This document shows, in pieces, positions 7,799 to 17,399 of a stretch of DNA of 64,000 nt. This stretch comes from a virus (lineage: Duplodnaviria; Caudoviricetes): the IMG/VR virus record IMGVR_UViG_3300037067_026010, positions 128,001-192,000 of that record; one strand, 5' to 3'. The translations under genes were made by a program, and so were the position numbers. Positions within the stretch are counted from its first letter, which is position 1. Each line of letters begins with the position of its first letter. The notes under the pieces are model-generated. The model was not told the origin of the DNA. It saw nothing but the letters and a program-made list of their open reading frames with translations, and did no database searches.

Positions 7799-8413
7799 AT
7801 GCCCCCGTTCCAACGCCGCATCACCATTCCCGGAGCACCGTCTGCACCGAATACTGAAGGCACCTATTCCCTCTATGCGAGTTGCACCAATTGCAACTGG
7901 GCGGGGCGCGTCGACGTCCCCAAAGGCATGCCTTTCAGAGAAGGAGAGGGCTTCGGCGACTATGCCCTCTGCCCGCATTGCGCTTGCAGCACCCTCTTGC
8001 GCTGCGCCGATCCGGAGAAAACCGAGGAAGCGACGGAACCCCCCGTGCAAGAACGCCAAGGCCCTATCGGGCCGCAGGGCATACCAGGACCGATAGGCCC
8101 GCCGGGGCCGGCAGGCGTAGCGCCGAGACCCGTTGTATGGCCACCGGTGCCGGCAGAACGGCCTGAACGCACCTGGCAGCCTACAACGCCAATCCCCTAT
8201 GCGCCTGATCCTACGCGCATCATGCACCCGAATTGGCAGCTATACGTGTCCCACCGCCAACAGACTGAGCAACTGACCACCGAACAGGCGCGAGGGTCGG
8301 ATGCAGACCTGCATACGCCCCAGAATGCCAACGGCTTGCGCATCGGCTGTCCCTACGGTTGCGTCGGCACCGCCCACGATTTTGCCAAGGTCACCGCTAC
8401 CCCTGCCGTATAA
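7799..8413 (+). CDS. Zn-ribbon protein with short collagen-like repeat
   Basis: CTNC...CPHC; GPIGPQGIPGPIGPPGPAG; AGGAG SD. Confidence 0.75.
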   Translation: MPPFQRRITIPGAPSAPNTEGTYSLYASCTNCNWAGRVDVPKGMPFREGEGFGDYALCPHCACSTLLRCADPEKTEEATEPPVQERQGPIGPQGIPGPIGPPGPAGVAPRPVVWPPVPAERPERTWQPTTPIPYAPDPTRIMHPNWQLYVSHRQQTEQLTTEQARGSDADLHTPQNANGLRIGCPYGCVGTAHDFAKVTATPAV

Positions 8414-8416
8414 ACC

Positions 8417-8875
8417 ATGCTCGCTTCCATTGTCCGCTGGCCCGACGAATCCTGGACCGTCACCCTCGGTGTAACGCATCGCGATCTCGACAGCTGCGAG
8501 CCCGATGACGCCCTGATCTGGCAACTCAAACGCCTGCCGGTCATTGCCGAGCCGTTAGTTGTCGTGCTCGCCGACAGCGGGCATTTCGGGACGGCGCGGC
8601 GCCGTAGAAAACTCTTTGACGTGCTCCAGCTGCATTACCCCGACGATAACTTCTTTCTGCCCATTCTTCTGACCCAGACCAGTCGCGCGCAATTGCGCCG
8701 CGGGCGCGACCTCGCATTCGGCAATCCGCTCGCTAAATCGACGGCGGCGGGCTGGCAGTTCTGCAGGGAAATAAGCGTCAGATGCCGCGCGACCCGCAGA
8801 GCCCTGCGCGACGCTTGGAGAGTCGACGCGCGAGGCGGGCCGCACGACGTATATCCGGAAGATACCGCGGAATAG
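8417..8875 (+). CDS. Hypothetical protein
   Basis: 152 aa, 3 nt after the previous stop. Confidence 0.65.
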   Translation: MLASIVRWPDESWTVTLGVTHRDLDSCEPDDALIWQLKRLPVIAEPLVVVLADSGHFGTARRRRKLFDVLQLHYPDDNFFLPILLTQTSRAQLRRGRDLAFGNPLAKSTAAGWQFCREISVRCRATRRALRDAWRVDARGGPHDVYPEDTAE

Positions 8876-8879
8876 ATTG

Positions 8880-9467
8880 CTACGGCGCCGTTCTGTCGGG
8901 CAGCCGGATCACCCGCGTGCGCTCTTGGGGAGGCGGGCGTTGCGCCGTTTCGGCCTTTGCACTGGAAGACAGGCCCTGCTCGGAAGCAACGCGCAGGACA
9001 GCCACATGCAACTCGCGGAAAGGCACGCCCTCGTCGATCAACCAGTAGAGGAAGTAGTAAAGTATCTCCGACAGCGCAGCACGGGATATGGAACGGCACA
9101 GCGCGTGCAAGAGCGCCCCCGCGCGGGACAACACCCTTGGCACGTCGTCGCGATGATACCAACGGCGCGCAGTATCGATGAAGGTACGCGCCTGAGTCTG
9201 CGTAAATCGCCGCTGGCTTTCGCTACTTGAGGCACGCTGCTGGCTTTCGTCACCGGGTACAGTATATCGGATATACTGTTCGACCGGGACATCTGGGGTA
9301 TATAACGCCTGGAGTTCCTCAAACGTCGGTCTATTTAACGGTCCGTGCTGGCGTGCATCCGCGGCAAGGGCGTTAGCCATGTCTTCGTTGTGCGGCACGT
9401 TAATGTTAAACCAACCATGTGCGCCACCTATACGAGGACGCTGCGCGGGCGTTGCTGGATCGCTCAT
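8880..9467 (-). CDS. Hypothetical protein
   Basis: 195 aa from MSDPAT (ATGA overlap); C-terminal RVIRL. Confidence 0.7.
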   Translation of the reverse strand: MSDPATPAQRPRIGGAHGWFNINVPHNEDMANALAADARQHGPLNRPTFEELQALYTPDVPVEQYIRYTVPGDESQQRASSSESQRRFTQTQARTFIDTARRWYHRDDVPRVLSRAGALLHALCRSISRAALSEILYYFLYWLIDEGVPFRELHVAVLRVASEQGLSSSAKAETAQRPPPQERTRVIRLPDRTAP

Positions 9468-9814
9468 TTCGGTGCCTCGCCGCGTGTTATGGGAAAACTC
9501 ACACTTGGGACCACGCCGTGCTGGCACACACCGCTTTTGCCCTCGGTAATGGGCAAGGACCGGCCTTGCCCGGCGGTCATGCTCGGCATTGGCGCATTCG
9601 ACCACCGCAGCACCGTGCCGTCCTGCAGACACAGGCCTATGCCCGCGTCCAAATAGTCCACGCGGATCGGCTGCATCCCGCCAAGAATTGCTTGGCCGCA
9701 TTGCACGAAGCGATACATGGCCGCTAAATCCGCCTTCGGTGTGTCCTCCGGCAGCGTTTTGCACACTTCGGCATACACCCACGCCAATAAGTCTTGGGGA
9801 TTTTGCTCTGCCAT
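9464..9814 (-). CDS. Hypothetical protein
   Basis: 116 aa, AAGGA SD. Confidence 0.7.
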   Translation of the reverse strand: MAEQNPQDLLAWVYAEVCKTLPEDTPKADLAAMYRFVQCGQAILGGMQPIRVDYLDAGIGLCLQDGTVLRWSNAPMPSMTAGQGRSLPITEGKSGVCQHGVVPSVSFPITRGEAPK

Positions 9815-9854
9815 TTCAAGGTTCCTTTTTTTTTATGAAAATTTTGGTAACGGT

Positions 9855-10202
9855 TTACTTGGGCTCAACCTGGGACGGCCACGGTTCGTTTTGGAGAATC
9901 TGGAATCCGATCAATTCGAGCCAATCTCCTACCGTTTCTTTAGGGTCTGAAAATTTAGCGGCGATCGGGCCATATCCTTTTTTGGGGCCAGATTCGTAAG
10001 TGCCGCAGAGCCCGTTGAGAAGCCCGAGCAATCCCACGTGCCATCCCCCATGTTGTGTTATAACCTGGCAACTCGGATGGTCCGCAAGTTTCTCATTGCA
10101 CGGAACGCGATTGGCAAGCAATGCCCCGATGGCTGGCCGATCTAGTTCGCATAAATCATTCAAATACGCGACAATTTTTTCTGCGAGTTTTAAATCAACC
10201 AT
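9855..10202 (-). CDS. Hypothetical protein
   Basis: 115 aa, GGAGG SD. Confidence 0.8.
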   Translation of the reverse strand: MVDLKLAEKIVAYLNDLCELDRPAIGALLANRVPCNEKLADHPSCQVITQHGGWHVGLLGLLNGLCGTYESGPKKGYGPIAAKFSDPKETVGDWLELIGFQILQNEPWPSQVEPK

Positions 10203-10246
10203 TTTTCCTCCCGTTATAGTGCCCCAGGTAAATACCTGCCAAAATT

Positions 10247-10960
10247 TTACTCACAGCCTGCGAGTTCGTTTTTCATGGCTTCGCGCACCGGCACCAGAGC
10301 GATCGCATTACAGGGCACGGCATGGCCCCTTGCCCGCAGGTTGTCCACCAACCCCACGTATTTCCGCCAGCGGTCTATTGCCCGCAGCAACCCTTCGCAT
10401 AACGCTCTTGCGTCGTTCCAGGCTTGCCGCGTCGTCGTATGCTGCCCCAGCTGCCGCATGGCCGCAAGGTATTTCTGGTATTCAGGCAATATGGCCGCCA
10501 GGCTGTGTCGATACCGATCGGGTGCCGCCAAGAGATGGCTTCTGGCAGTATGCAGCGATGCACGCAGTTGCACGAGCCGCACGATCTGTGCGCACGGCGA
10601 GGCCTGCCCCAAAACGCCCGTATGCATAAGAATCCGCTTAGGCAGCGGAAGCCGCGTGTCAACGGTCAGCGCCACTACGATATCCGCGACCTCCAGATTC
10701 GTAAGACTCGCGAGGTCCTCGTAGACGCAACCGTAATGGTCGAAAGCCCCTGCCAGCAACATGGCGTGCCACGCTGCGGCCGAACTGCTGTGCATGGCCG
10801 CCGATACGAAGCCGTTCGCTTCCAGATACCACGCCATCGCCAGCTTCTCGGCAATTTGGCCCAGTCGCATTCGCTGCCGCAGCACCGGACACATCCCACC
10901 GAACCAAGCCTCTTGCACCCAACTGATCGTACGCCCCTTATCGAGCATGTCCGTAGTCAT
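10247..10960 (-). CDS. Degenerate HD-domain protein (RelA/SpoT hydrolase, Mesh1-like fold)
   Basis: EDL...EVADIVVALTVDTRLPLPKR...AQIVRL matches the SpoT-HD scaffold; the HD/ED residues are absent. Confidence 0.6.
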   Translation of the reverse strand: MTTDMLDKGRTISWVQEAWFGGMCPVLRQRMRLGQIAEKLAMAWYLEANGFVSAAMHSSSAAAWHAMLLAGAFDHYGCVYEDLASLTNLEVADIVVALTVDTRLPLPKRILMHTGVLGQASPCAQIVRLVQLRASLHTARSHLLAAPDRYRHSLAAILPEYQKYLAAMRQLGQHTTTRQAWNDARALCEGLLRAIDRWRKYVGLVDNLRARGHAVPCNAIALVPVREAMKNELAGCE

Positions 10961-10994
10961 GAGCAGGATCCTTCCGAAACGGGGTCAGAAACGC

Positions 10995-11318
10995 TTATTC
11001 TGCGGCGTCGCCGACCGGTGATTCGTCGTCCATTGGTTTCGCGATCGGTGACAAGACCGGCTTCGGCGTCTCGGCGGACGGTGCCGCGGCCTTCTGCGGT
11101 ACATTCTTGTACGTCTCTGCCATATCCGGTGCCTGCACTGGCGCCGGTTGCTCGCTCGGATTGGCTTGCGGAGGCACGATTGGTGCCACGGTAAGTGCTG
11201 GAGCGGGCACTGGCACGCTGTCCGGATCAGGAGCGCCTGCGGAAGCCGAAGGGTAGAACGTTCTGGTGCCAGGCGCTGCGCGCTTGGCTAGGCGTCGGCG
11301 GTATTCGATTTGGCTCAT
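10995..11318 (-). CDS. Pro/Ala-rich hypothetical protein
   Basis: 107 aa, AAGGAG SD. Confidence 0.7.
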   Translation of the reverse strand: MSQIEYRRRLAKRAAPGTRTFYPSASAGAPDPDSVPVPAPALTVAPIVPPQANPSEQPAPVQAPDMAETYKNVPQKAAAPSAETPKPVLSPIAKPMDDESPVGDAAE

Positions 11319-11393
11319 CGTACGCTCCTTTTCGATAATTAGCCCGCTTTAAACTGCCTCTGTGGATAATGTATCGCGCCGCTCCCTTTTTGG

Positions 11394-12416
11394 CTAGAGG
11401 TTGAAAGCTTGCAATAATCCGTCAGAAAAAGCGCGCTCCCGCGCAGACGCGTTGTACGGCGTGTGTCCGTACATCTCTTCCACCTTTTCCGGGTTATCCA
11501 GCAGTGCTCTGCAGCAGGCCTCGATTGCTGCGTAATTTGGCACGGGTTTTGGCACTCCCGCAGCAGTTAAACGACATCGGCAAGGTATGGTCAGACTGTT
11601 GTTCGGATGCAGGAATTCGAGCACCGATGTCATGTTGTAAGCAATCACAGGCGAACCGGCGTACAGCGATAACAAGCCGGGCAGCCCGGCACCTGCATCG
11701 CGTGTCGGCCAGAACGTCCAGTCCGCCTCCAGAAAGCTTTGAACAGACCAACGCCGCTGTGGATCCGGCACAAGCTGCACGCGTTCGCCGTAAGCTCTGC
11801 GCAACTGCCGCAGCCAACGGTAAGCGAACGGTGCAAGTGTTGCAGGTGTGTAGCCCACAATCAGCTGCATGTCGCCGTACCGCTGCAACAGCCTATGCAG
11901 CACGCTCAAGATCGTACCTTCGACGCTCTGTGCCATATCATCCCATAACGGGAGAAATACGCAGCGTCCGGACTGCGATTTTTTGCGATAAAATACGGGG
12001 ACTCCCGGATCCAACGGTACGTACCGCGTGCCCACTTGCCACCGAGTACTTAAAAACTGCATGGCATTGCGCGCGGGGCAAAGCACCTCATCCGCTGCCC
12101 TATAGGCCTCGGCATCTGCAGGTTCCAAGTCGCCCCATAGACAGTAAATTATCGCCCTGGCCGATGTATGGCACTTCACCCACGCTACCTGCCCGGCACT
12201 CGGCTGTTTCAGCCAAAGAATGTAATCCTGACCTTTGGACCAGTCCGTAAACCGGCCGCGCCCTATGCTGCATAGATCCGGCAATAGCCGTTGGGAAGTC
12301 GTGGCCGTACGCCACAACGAGCTGGATAGCCCCTGCTGCGCGGCCCAGCGTGCAACGCGCAGCGCAATTTGTGTGGCTTCGCCGTGATATGGAGGAGGTA
12401 CGAGGCCAAGACGCAT
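11394..12416 (-). CDS. GT-B (GT4-like) glycosyltransferase, degenerate motif
   Basis: ADWTFWPTRDAGAGLPGLLSLYAGSPVIAY...EFL resembles the GT4 C-terminal signature; ADEVLCP in N-domain. Confidence 0.7.
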   Translation of the reverse strand: MRLGLVPPPYHGEATQIALRVARWAAQQGLSSSLWRTATTSQRLLPDLCSIGRGRFTDWSKGQDYILWLKQPSAGQVAWVKCHTSARAIIYCLWGDLEPADAEAYRAADEVLCPARNAMQFLSTRWQVGTRYVPLDPGVPVFYRKKSQSGRCVFLPLWDDMAQSVEGTILSVLHRLLQRYGDMQLIVGYTPATLAPFAYRWLRQLRRAYGERVQLVPDPQRRWSVQSFLEADWTFWPTRDAGAGLPGLLSLYAGSPVIAYNMTSVLEFLHPNNSLTIPCRCRLTAAGVPKPVPNYAAIEACCRALLDNPEKVEEMYGHTPYNASARERAFSDGLLQAFNL

Positions 12417-12441
12417 GATGACTTTGCAGGTCGGCCCATCC

Positions 12442-14439
12442 TTAGGCTGTTTCCTGGCGAGCGTCCTTGTCGCCTAGAGATATTACTCGCAAATGTCGTC
12501 CGTACCGCATTAAGTGCAGCATGTCGGCCGCTTGCTTCGGGTATTGCTGCTCCAGTAACTGGGATCCGGCGGCTTGCCGTGCTTGCTGCCGTTGGTCGTC
12601 CATAATGCTGCGCACCAGTGCCGCCAGTGCCGGCGCATCCTTCTTCAACCGAATCAGGAACGAATCCTTCTGCGATTCCGGCATGGACAGTGCCTGTGCA
12701 GCCAACGTTTGGGCCTTGCTCGTGAGTTCTTGCGGCGTCGTCGGTGCGGTCTCGCTATAATTCTGCGCCGCGAAGGCTTGCGCCGCTCCGGCCGGGCCTT
12801 GAGGCATGCCCATAGCCCCCATGGGGGCGCCGGCAGGTTGGCCAGCCCCTGGCATACCGCCGGGTATACCGCCTGGCATACCACCTGGCATGGCCGCGGC
12901 CGGCTGTGCCATTTGGTCGCCCTGTGCCGCTGCCTCCATCTCCTCCTGCTGCTTTTGTGCGGATTCGGCAGCGATGCGTTCTTCTTCCAGCTTGGTTCGC
13001 TCCTCGTCCAGGAAATCGAGCCCGACGCTGGTAAGACCGGTGCTTCTGGAAATCTGACCGCCCATCATCAACTGGAGTTTGGCCATCTGACGATTGAGGT
13101 CGTCGGCATGCGTAACGCGCACTAATCGGCAACTGACAGGTTCCCAGCTCATAATCTGCGATATACGGTCGACAAGTTGCCCAAGGAACCTATTCAGGTT
13201 ATGCACGAGGTGGCTCCAGTTCGCTTCGAAAAGTCGGAGCGCGGATGGTGCAGCCTGGGCCGACAAATTGCCCTTGTAAAGCTCTACGGGCACGTCACAA
13301 GCGTTTAATAGCATGTCCACGCCCAACTCCAGTAGATCTTTCGGCGCCAGCTGCGTCGCATCGCCACCCAGGGCCTTGTAATCGATCGGAAACGGCAGCA
13401 CGTTCCAGCGAGCAGGGTCGCGTCTGCGGGCCCGCAGCATGCCGTTTACCCGTGAGGTAAAGTTACCCATGTTCACGGACAGCACGGGATCGTTAATTTC
13501 ACCGCCTTGTCCCGGCCTCGGCATGGGTGTGAGGACACGGAACGGTATAACGTAGTCCAGGGCAATTGCCTCGTTGTAGCGATGCAATACCTGCACGTAC
13601 CACGCTTGCCGGAAATTCGTAAGGATACGCGAATATCCCCAACCACGGCTCCGAAGCCCGGCTGGCGGCTCCTCGCGCATGTGGTACACCACCTCTTTGT
13701 CGAATAGAAGATGCTGGTTCTGCCTTACCGCCTGTACGACGTCCCAGCTCGCGCGTTCGATATGATACAAATGCCCCTTCTTGAGCAATTGTCGATAGTC
13801 ATCCGGTATTTTCCAGATGTAGGCATTATCGTCCGTGTACGGATCATTGAGGATATCGATTTCGTGCGGTGACCATCTTTTGACTTTGATAGCGTTTTGC
13901 TCGCTGCTGCGCCGATCCACGTGCCGCCATATGCCTTGATAACCGCAGTTTAAACACCGGGCATTGAACTCGAAGTTCGACCAGGAAAAATGCATATGGG
14001 GATTGTTGAATATCCGTGACAAGGGCATCTCTACGCCGCAGTTTTTACAAGCCAAATGCCGCCTGAAGGGCAGTAGCACGCTGGTAAAAGAATTACCGTA
14101 GATCAGTAGGTCCAGGGCGACGATATGCAAAACGTTGCGAATGCCCAGTGTGTTGTCCAAGAAGTCTTTATACTTGTCGCGCTCCTCGCGGCCTACCTTG
14201 TCTACGCCGTTCGGCGCAGTAATTTCCACGTCAGTTAAAAAATAAGAGATGACGCGGCTCAGGGCAGCCCGGTACGGGCCCATCGCCATGGCGATATACT
14301 GGCACCATTGGAGGGCGTCCTGGTTGGTCTTCGGCATCGCGAGCGACGCCATATCCGCGAACGGACAAGGGAATAGCTCCGAATTACGTCCTGTAGTCCA
14401 AGCCGGGCTAATGCCCAGGGAATTGTCGGAGAGCGCCAA
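12442..14439 (-). CDS. Putative portal protein with Zn-ribbon insert
   Basis: 665 aa; DLLIYGNSF, WSPHEI, YHMRE...RGWGYS portal-like segments; CKNC/CLNC insert; low-complexity G/M/P/Q tail; AGGAGG SD + TTG. Confidence 0.6.
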   Translation of the reverse strand: MALSDNSLGISPAWTTGRNSELFPCPFADMASLAMPKTNQDALQWCQYIAMAMGPYRAALSRVISYFLTDVEITAPNGVDKVGREERDKYKDFLDNTLGIRNVLHIVALDLLIYGNSFTSVLLPFRRHLACKNCGVEMPLSRIFNNPHMHFSWSNFEFNARCLNCGYQGIWRHVDRRSSEQNAIKVKRWSPHEIDILNDPYTDDNAYIWKIPDDYRQLLKKGHLYHIERASWDVVQAVRQNQHLLFDKEVVYHMREEPPAGLRSRGWGYSRILTNFRQAWYVQVLHRYNEAIALDYVIPFRVLTPMPRPGQGGEINDPVLSVNMGNFTSRVNGMLRARRRDPARWNVLPFPIDYKALGGDATQLAPKDLLELGVDMLLNACDVPVELYKGNLSAQAAPSALRLFEANWSHLVHNLNRFLGQLVDRISQIMSWEPVSCRLVRVTHADDLNRQMAKLQLMMGGQISRSTGLTSVGLDFLDEERTKLEEERIAAESAQKQQEEMEAAAQGDQMAQPAAAMPGGMPGGIPGGMPGAGQPAGAPMGAMGMPQGPAGAAQAFAAQNYSETAPTTPQELTSKAQTLAAQALSMPESQKDSFLIRLKKDAPALAALVRSIMDDQRQQARQAAGSQLLEQQYPKQAADMLHLMRYGRHLRVISLGDKDARQETA

Positions 14440-14460
14440 CGCGGATCCTCCTATGCCCGG

Positions 14461-14476
14461 TGGTAATTAAGCACCG
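14461..14476. promoter_or_regulatory. 16-bp motif, copy 3
   Basis: TGGTAATTAAGCACCG just upstream of the portal gene. Confidence 0.75.
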
Positions 14477-14640
14477 CAGCGATTTTTCACAAGCTTTTGC
14501 TCCACGCCGTCCGCCAGCCGCTTTGTCGTATCGTCGTCGAGTGCACGTATCTGCTGCGTTTCTCCTGCAGCCTTTACGCCTGGCTCGATCTTGTGTTCCA
14601 CATCCGGAGTTTGCGGTGTTATGGCGCCGTTTTTTTCCAT
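14467..14640 (-). CDS. Small hypothetical protein (57 aa, MEKNGAI...)
   Basis: Manual translation, below ORF-track cutoff; fills the gap; stop lies in the 16-bp motif. Confidence 0.7.
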   Translation of the reverse strand: MEKNGAITPQTPDVEHKIEPGVKAAGETQQIRALDDDTTKRLADGVEQKLVKNRCGA

Positions 14641-14659
14641 CGTCGCGGCCTTTTCGCAG

Positions 14660-15529
14660 TTAATCGCCGACCTCGGCAGTTACTTGCCTCTCGACAAGAA
14701 GTACACAGAATTCGTACTCCTTATAAATGTACTGGATTCCCGTCGTCTGCACTAGGTAGATTTCAGAACCCCCCTTAATATGCAAGGCCAGCTGCGGGAC
14801 TTTCTCACCCGTCTGGACTTCAGGAAAGTACCGGTTGGCGTTACGGCAGCGCGTATCGTAAACAAGCACCATGAAGCCTGGCGAAACAACAATATCGTGA
14901 TAATACGCTGTAAGCGTCCCGAAATGCTCTATCTCGAACAGGGCCTCGCACGTAGGTGCTTGTACCGGGTCACTCGCTACCAAATGCCCGTTGGCAGCTG
15001 CCGCGACTGGCGCCGTGGCGGCGTGCAGCGCTTGCAACGGGCTGACTACCCGGTTCCGAGGCGTTGGTTGCATCGGGGCTGTGGACACCGGCTTATTGGC
15101 CCCCTGGTCATCGAGCAAATGCATGGCAACCGCGTCATGAAAACGCTGAACCGCCATATCCCCGGATAGCGGCACGGCGGCATCGGCTGCCTGTACAGCT
15201 TTAAGCATGTGTTGTGCAGTGATATCCCCCAAGCGCAGTGTTTTACTCTGTCCGGGGATCGTCGGGTCGATCGTGACGGATAGATTGGCCACATCGTGGG
15301 GACGACTCCCAGCCGGCACTCCACCGGGCGTGGCGCGTGGTATCAATGTGCCTACAAGCCCGAAGGAACTAGGCGCCAGCCTCTGCGGCGTTGTACCGCT
15401 GCTTTCGTCGCGTACGCTCCGGTAGTTTACTGCTGCAGCGCCAGCCTGCGGTCCGACCTGTGCCGGCGGTGTGGCTGGTGCCGCCACGCCGTCATGAAGT
15501 AAATCCATGTGCAATGGTAATTGTGCCAT
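14660..15529 (-). CDS. Hypothetical protein
   Basis: 289 aa from MAQLPL; start uncertain. Confidence 0.75.
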   Translation of the reverse strand: MAQLPLHMDLLHDGVAAPATPPAQVGPQAGAAAVNYRSVRDESSGTTPQRLAPSSFGLVGTLIPRATPGGVPAGSRPHDVANLSVTIDPTIPGQSKTLRLGDITAQHMLKAVQAADAAVPLSGDMAVQRFHDAVAMHLLDDQGANKPVSTAPMQPTPRNRVVSPLQALHAATAPVAAAANGHLVASDPVQAPTCEALFEIEHFGTLTAYYHDIVVSPGFMVLVYDTRCRNANRYFPEVQTGEKVPQLALHIKGGSEIYLVQTTGIQYIYKEYEFCVLLVERQVTAEVGD

Positions 15530-15675
15530 GTACTTTCCCTTTTTCCTAAAAAAAAAAATCGATTGCCGGCAAAACTCACACCAACATAGCACACCTAATT
15601 CCAAACGACAATCGAGAAGCACAAGGTGGATAAAAGCGGGACCCCCGGGCAACGGGGATCCCGCGTCACAATCCA

Positions 15676-15972
15676 TCAGGCGTCTACTGACTCCGGGAAC
15701 ACCTCTGCATATCGCGGGCACACGCCCGGCCTACGAAGTATATCCCGAGGCACGACAAAAAATAGAACGGCACACGGCCGACCCATCATGTCGTTGAGGT
15801 CCTCGCCCGTACCGAGAAGGTACCCCGCAGTTTGTCGATCTTCGTTTTCGTAAACGGCGACAACCGCGACATGCTGGGATTTTGGCCAATCGGGAAGCAG
15901 CGTAGGTGCCGCAAAGCGATTTAACCAACCCTCTGGTATTTCGTCATCGGGAGGGAAAATCTCCGTGATCAT
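15676..15972 (-). CDS. Hypothetical protein
   Basis: 98 aa, ATGA overlap. Confidence 0.7.
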   Translation of the reverse strand: MITEIFPPDDEIPEGWLNRFAAPTLLPDWPKSQHVAVVAVYENEDRQTAGYLLGTGEDLNDMMGRPCAVLFFVVPRDILRRPGVCPRYAEVFPESVDA

Positions 15973-17270
15973 TTGCTGCTCCAGGTCTGGGTCGACCAAA
16001 AATCAACGGTGGCACCCGCTCGGCGGAATTGGAACGCCGAGGACAAATACGGCGCTGCGCAAAGTTGCACGCGTGCCAAGCCGGCTGCCCATAATCGCTG
16101 GGTGGGATTTCGGGCGGCTTTGACCAGGTCCTCGTCTTCGCAACATTCCGCGTATCTCGGCTCCAAGACGTTTCGCATAGCCTTCGCCAACAAAGCGTCC
16201 GGAAAAATATCGGGGTTTACCGGTCCGGTAAAGTGGATAGGCTGCCGTGGCCTGCCTAGAATATCCAAGATCTGGTCATCCGTCAAAATGTCGGACAACG
16301 AGGCACCGAGGGCCTCGCGCATACCTCGCACAAGCCTCTCCACGTCGCTCGCGTCCGTAACCTCGAGCAAATTCAGCTGCAAGGCCCTGGCAACGCTGTA
16401 GGCGGGATTAGGCAAGTCCGTCTCGCCGTGCACCGGGAAAGCCCGTCTTACCGGATTGTATATCTCAGCCCCGATCAGCCGCGATACGTTTTCGAAATTT
16501 CCGCAACTGCTATCGCTGCGGCTGCAGAATTTAGTAGAGATAAGCCATCGCCCGGTACGATTTGTCGGATCGCCACTTGCCGGGTCCTCCTCCGTACCCG
16601 CCTGATACGGCGCGGAAAAACAGTTGTGCCAAGCCTCTTCGATCACTGCGGGAGCCATGTCCGAAAGAAGCAGCTTGCGCCGGGCTTCATCGTACTCGGC
16701 ATAGTCCTCCGGGACTACCCGTCCGTTGTCCGTAAGCACTTTTTGCACGAACGCCGCAGAATACTCCGGCGGAGGCAGGTGGCCTTCGGCAAAGCCGAGC
16801 TCCACGTCCGGCAGATCTGCTTGGTGCAATGCCGGCAGGCAGTAGCCGCCGGATAACGCACGCATGCGGCACCGATCCATTTCCAGAAGCAGTTGCAACA
16901 GGCGCTGCCGACCTTCGCTGGCATAGGGGTCAAAACATCTACCTCGTGCTCCCGCGAACACCGGATAGCCCAAATCATAACAAAACCGGTTTTCCGCGTC
17001 GCCGCCCAGATATACCTGCGCGCCAGTTTGAGTAATCGCCGCACGATAACCGCGACACGGCACGGCGACACGTTCTCGATTTCTGCGATCTTCCGTTAAT
17101 ACGCTGGTCTGCACGATGTGGCAAGGCCCGCGCAGCGGAAGTCGCCACTTCCGCAAACAGGTGTTGGTATGGTCGCCGGGCGAAATACAGTACGCCACCA
17201 CACCGAACGGCTCACACTTTCGTGCGCGGGATAGGATCTGCTTCTTGTGCTTACGTACGAGCTGCGTCAT
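15969..17270 (-). CDS. Hypothetical protein
   Basis: 433 aa from MTQLVR, AAGGAG SD. Confidence 0.8.
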   Translation of the reverse strand: MTQLVRKHKKQILSRARKCEPFGVVAYCISPGDHTNTCLRKWRLPLRGPCHIVQTSVLTEDRRNRERVAVPCRGYRAAITQTGAQVYLGGDAENRFCYDLGYPVFAGARGRCFDPYASEGRQRLLQLLLEMDRCRMRALSGGYCLPALHQADLPDVELGFAEGHLPPPEYSAAFVQKVLTDNGRVVPEDYAEYDEARRKLLLSDMAPAVIEEAWHNCFSAPYQAGTEEDPASGDPTNRTGRWLISTKFCSRSDSSCGNFENVSRLIGAEIYNPVRRAFPVHGETDLPNPAYSVARALQLNLLEVTDASDVERLVRGMREALGASLSDILTDDQILDILGRPRQPIHFTGPVNPDIFPDALLAKAMRNVLEPRYAECCEDEDLVKAARNPTQRLWAAGLARVQLCAAPYLSSAFQFRRAGATVDFWSTQTWSSK

Positions 17271-17327
17271 CTCAGACTCCTTCTGCGGTCGTTGCCGCCA
17301 TAAGTGTAACTCGGTTAGCTCCAATAG

Positions 17328-17354
17328 AAAAAGGAAGCTACCAGTAGCTTCCTT
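17328..17354 (-). terminator. Intrinsic terminator
   Basis: AAGGAAGCTAC-TG-GTAGCTTCCTT followed by T run. Confidence 0.65.
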
Positions 17355-17399
17355 GCTAACAGAGTGATCACTTAGATATGCCCGGTTTGCATCGCGAAT

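Noticed and set aside
15540-15560. Homopolymer run as a phase-variation or slippage site
   Set aside because: Lies upstream of the likely start at 15529 and the frame is open either way; no evidence of switching
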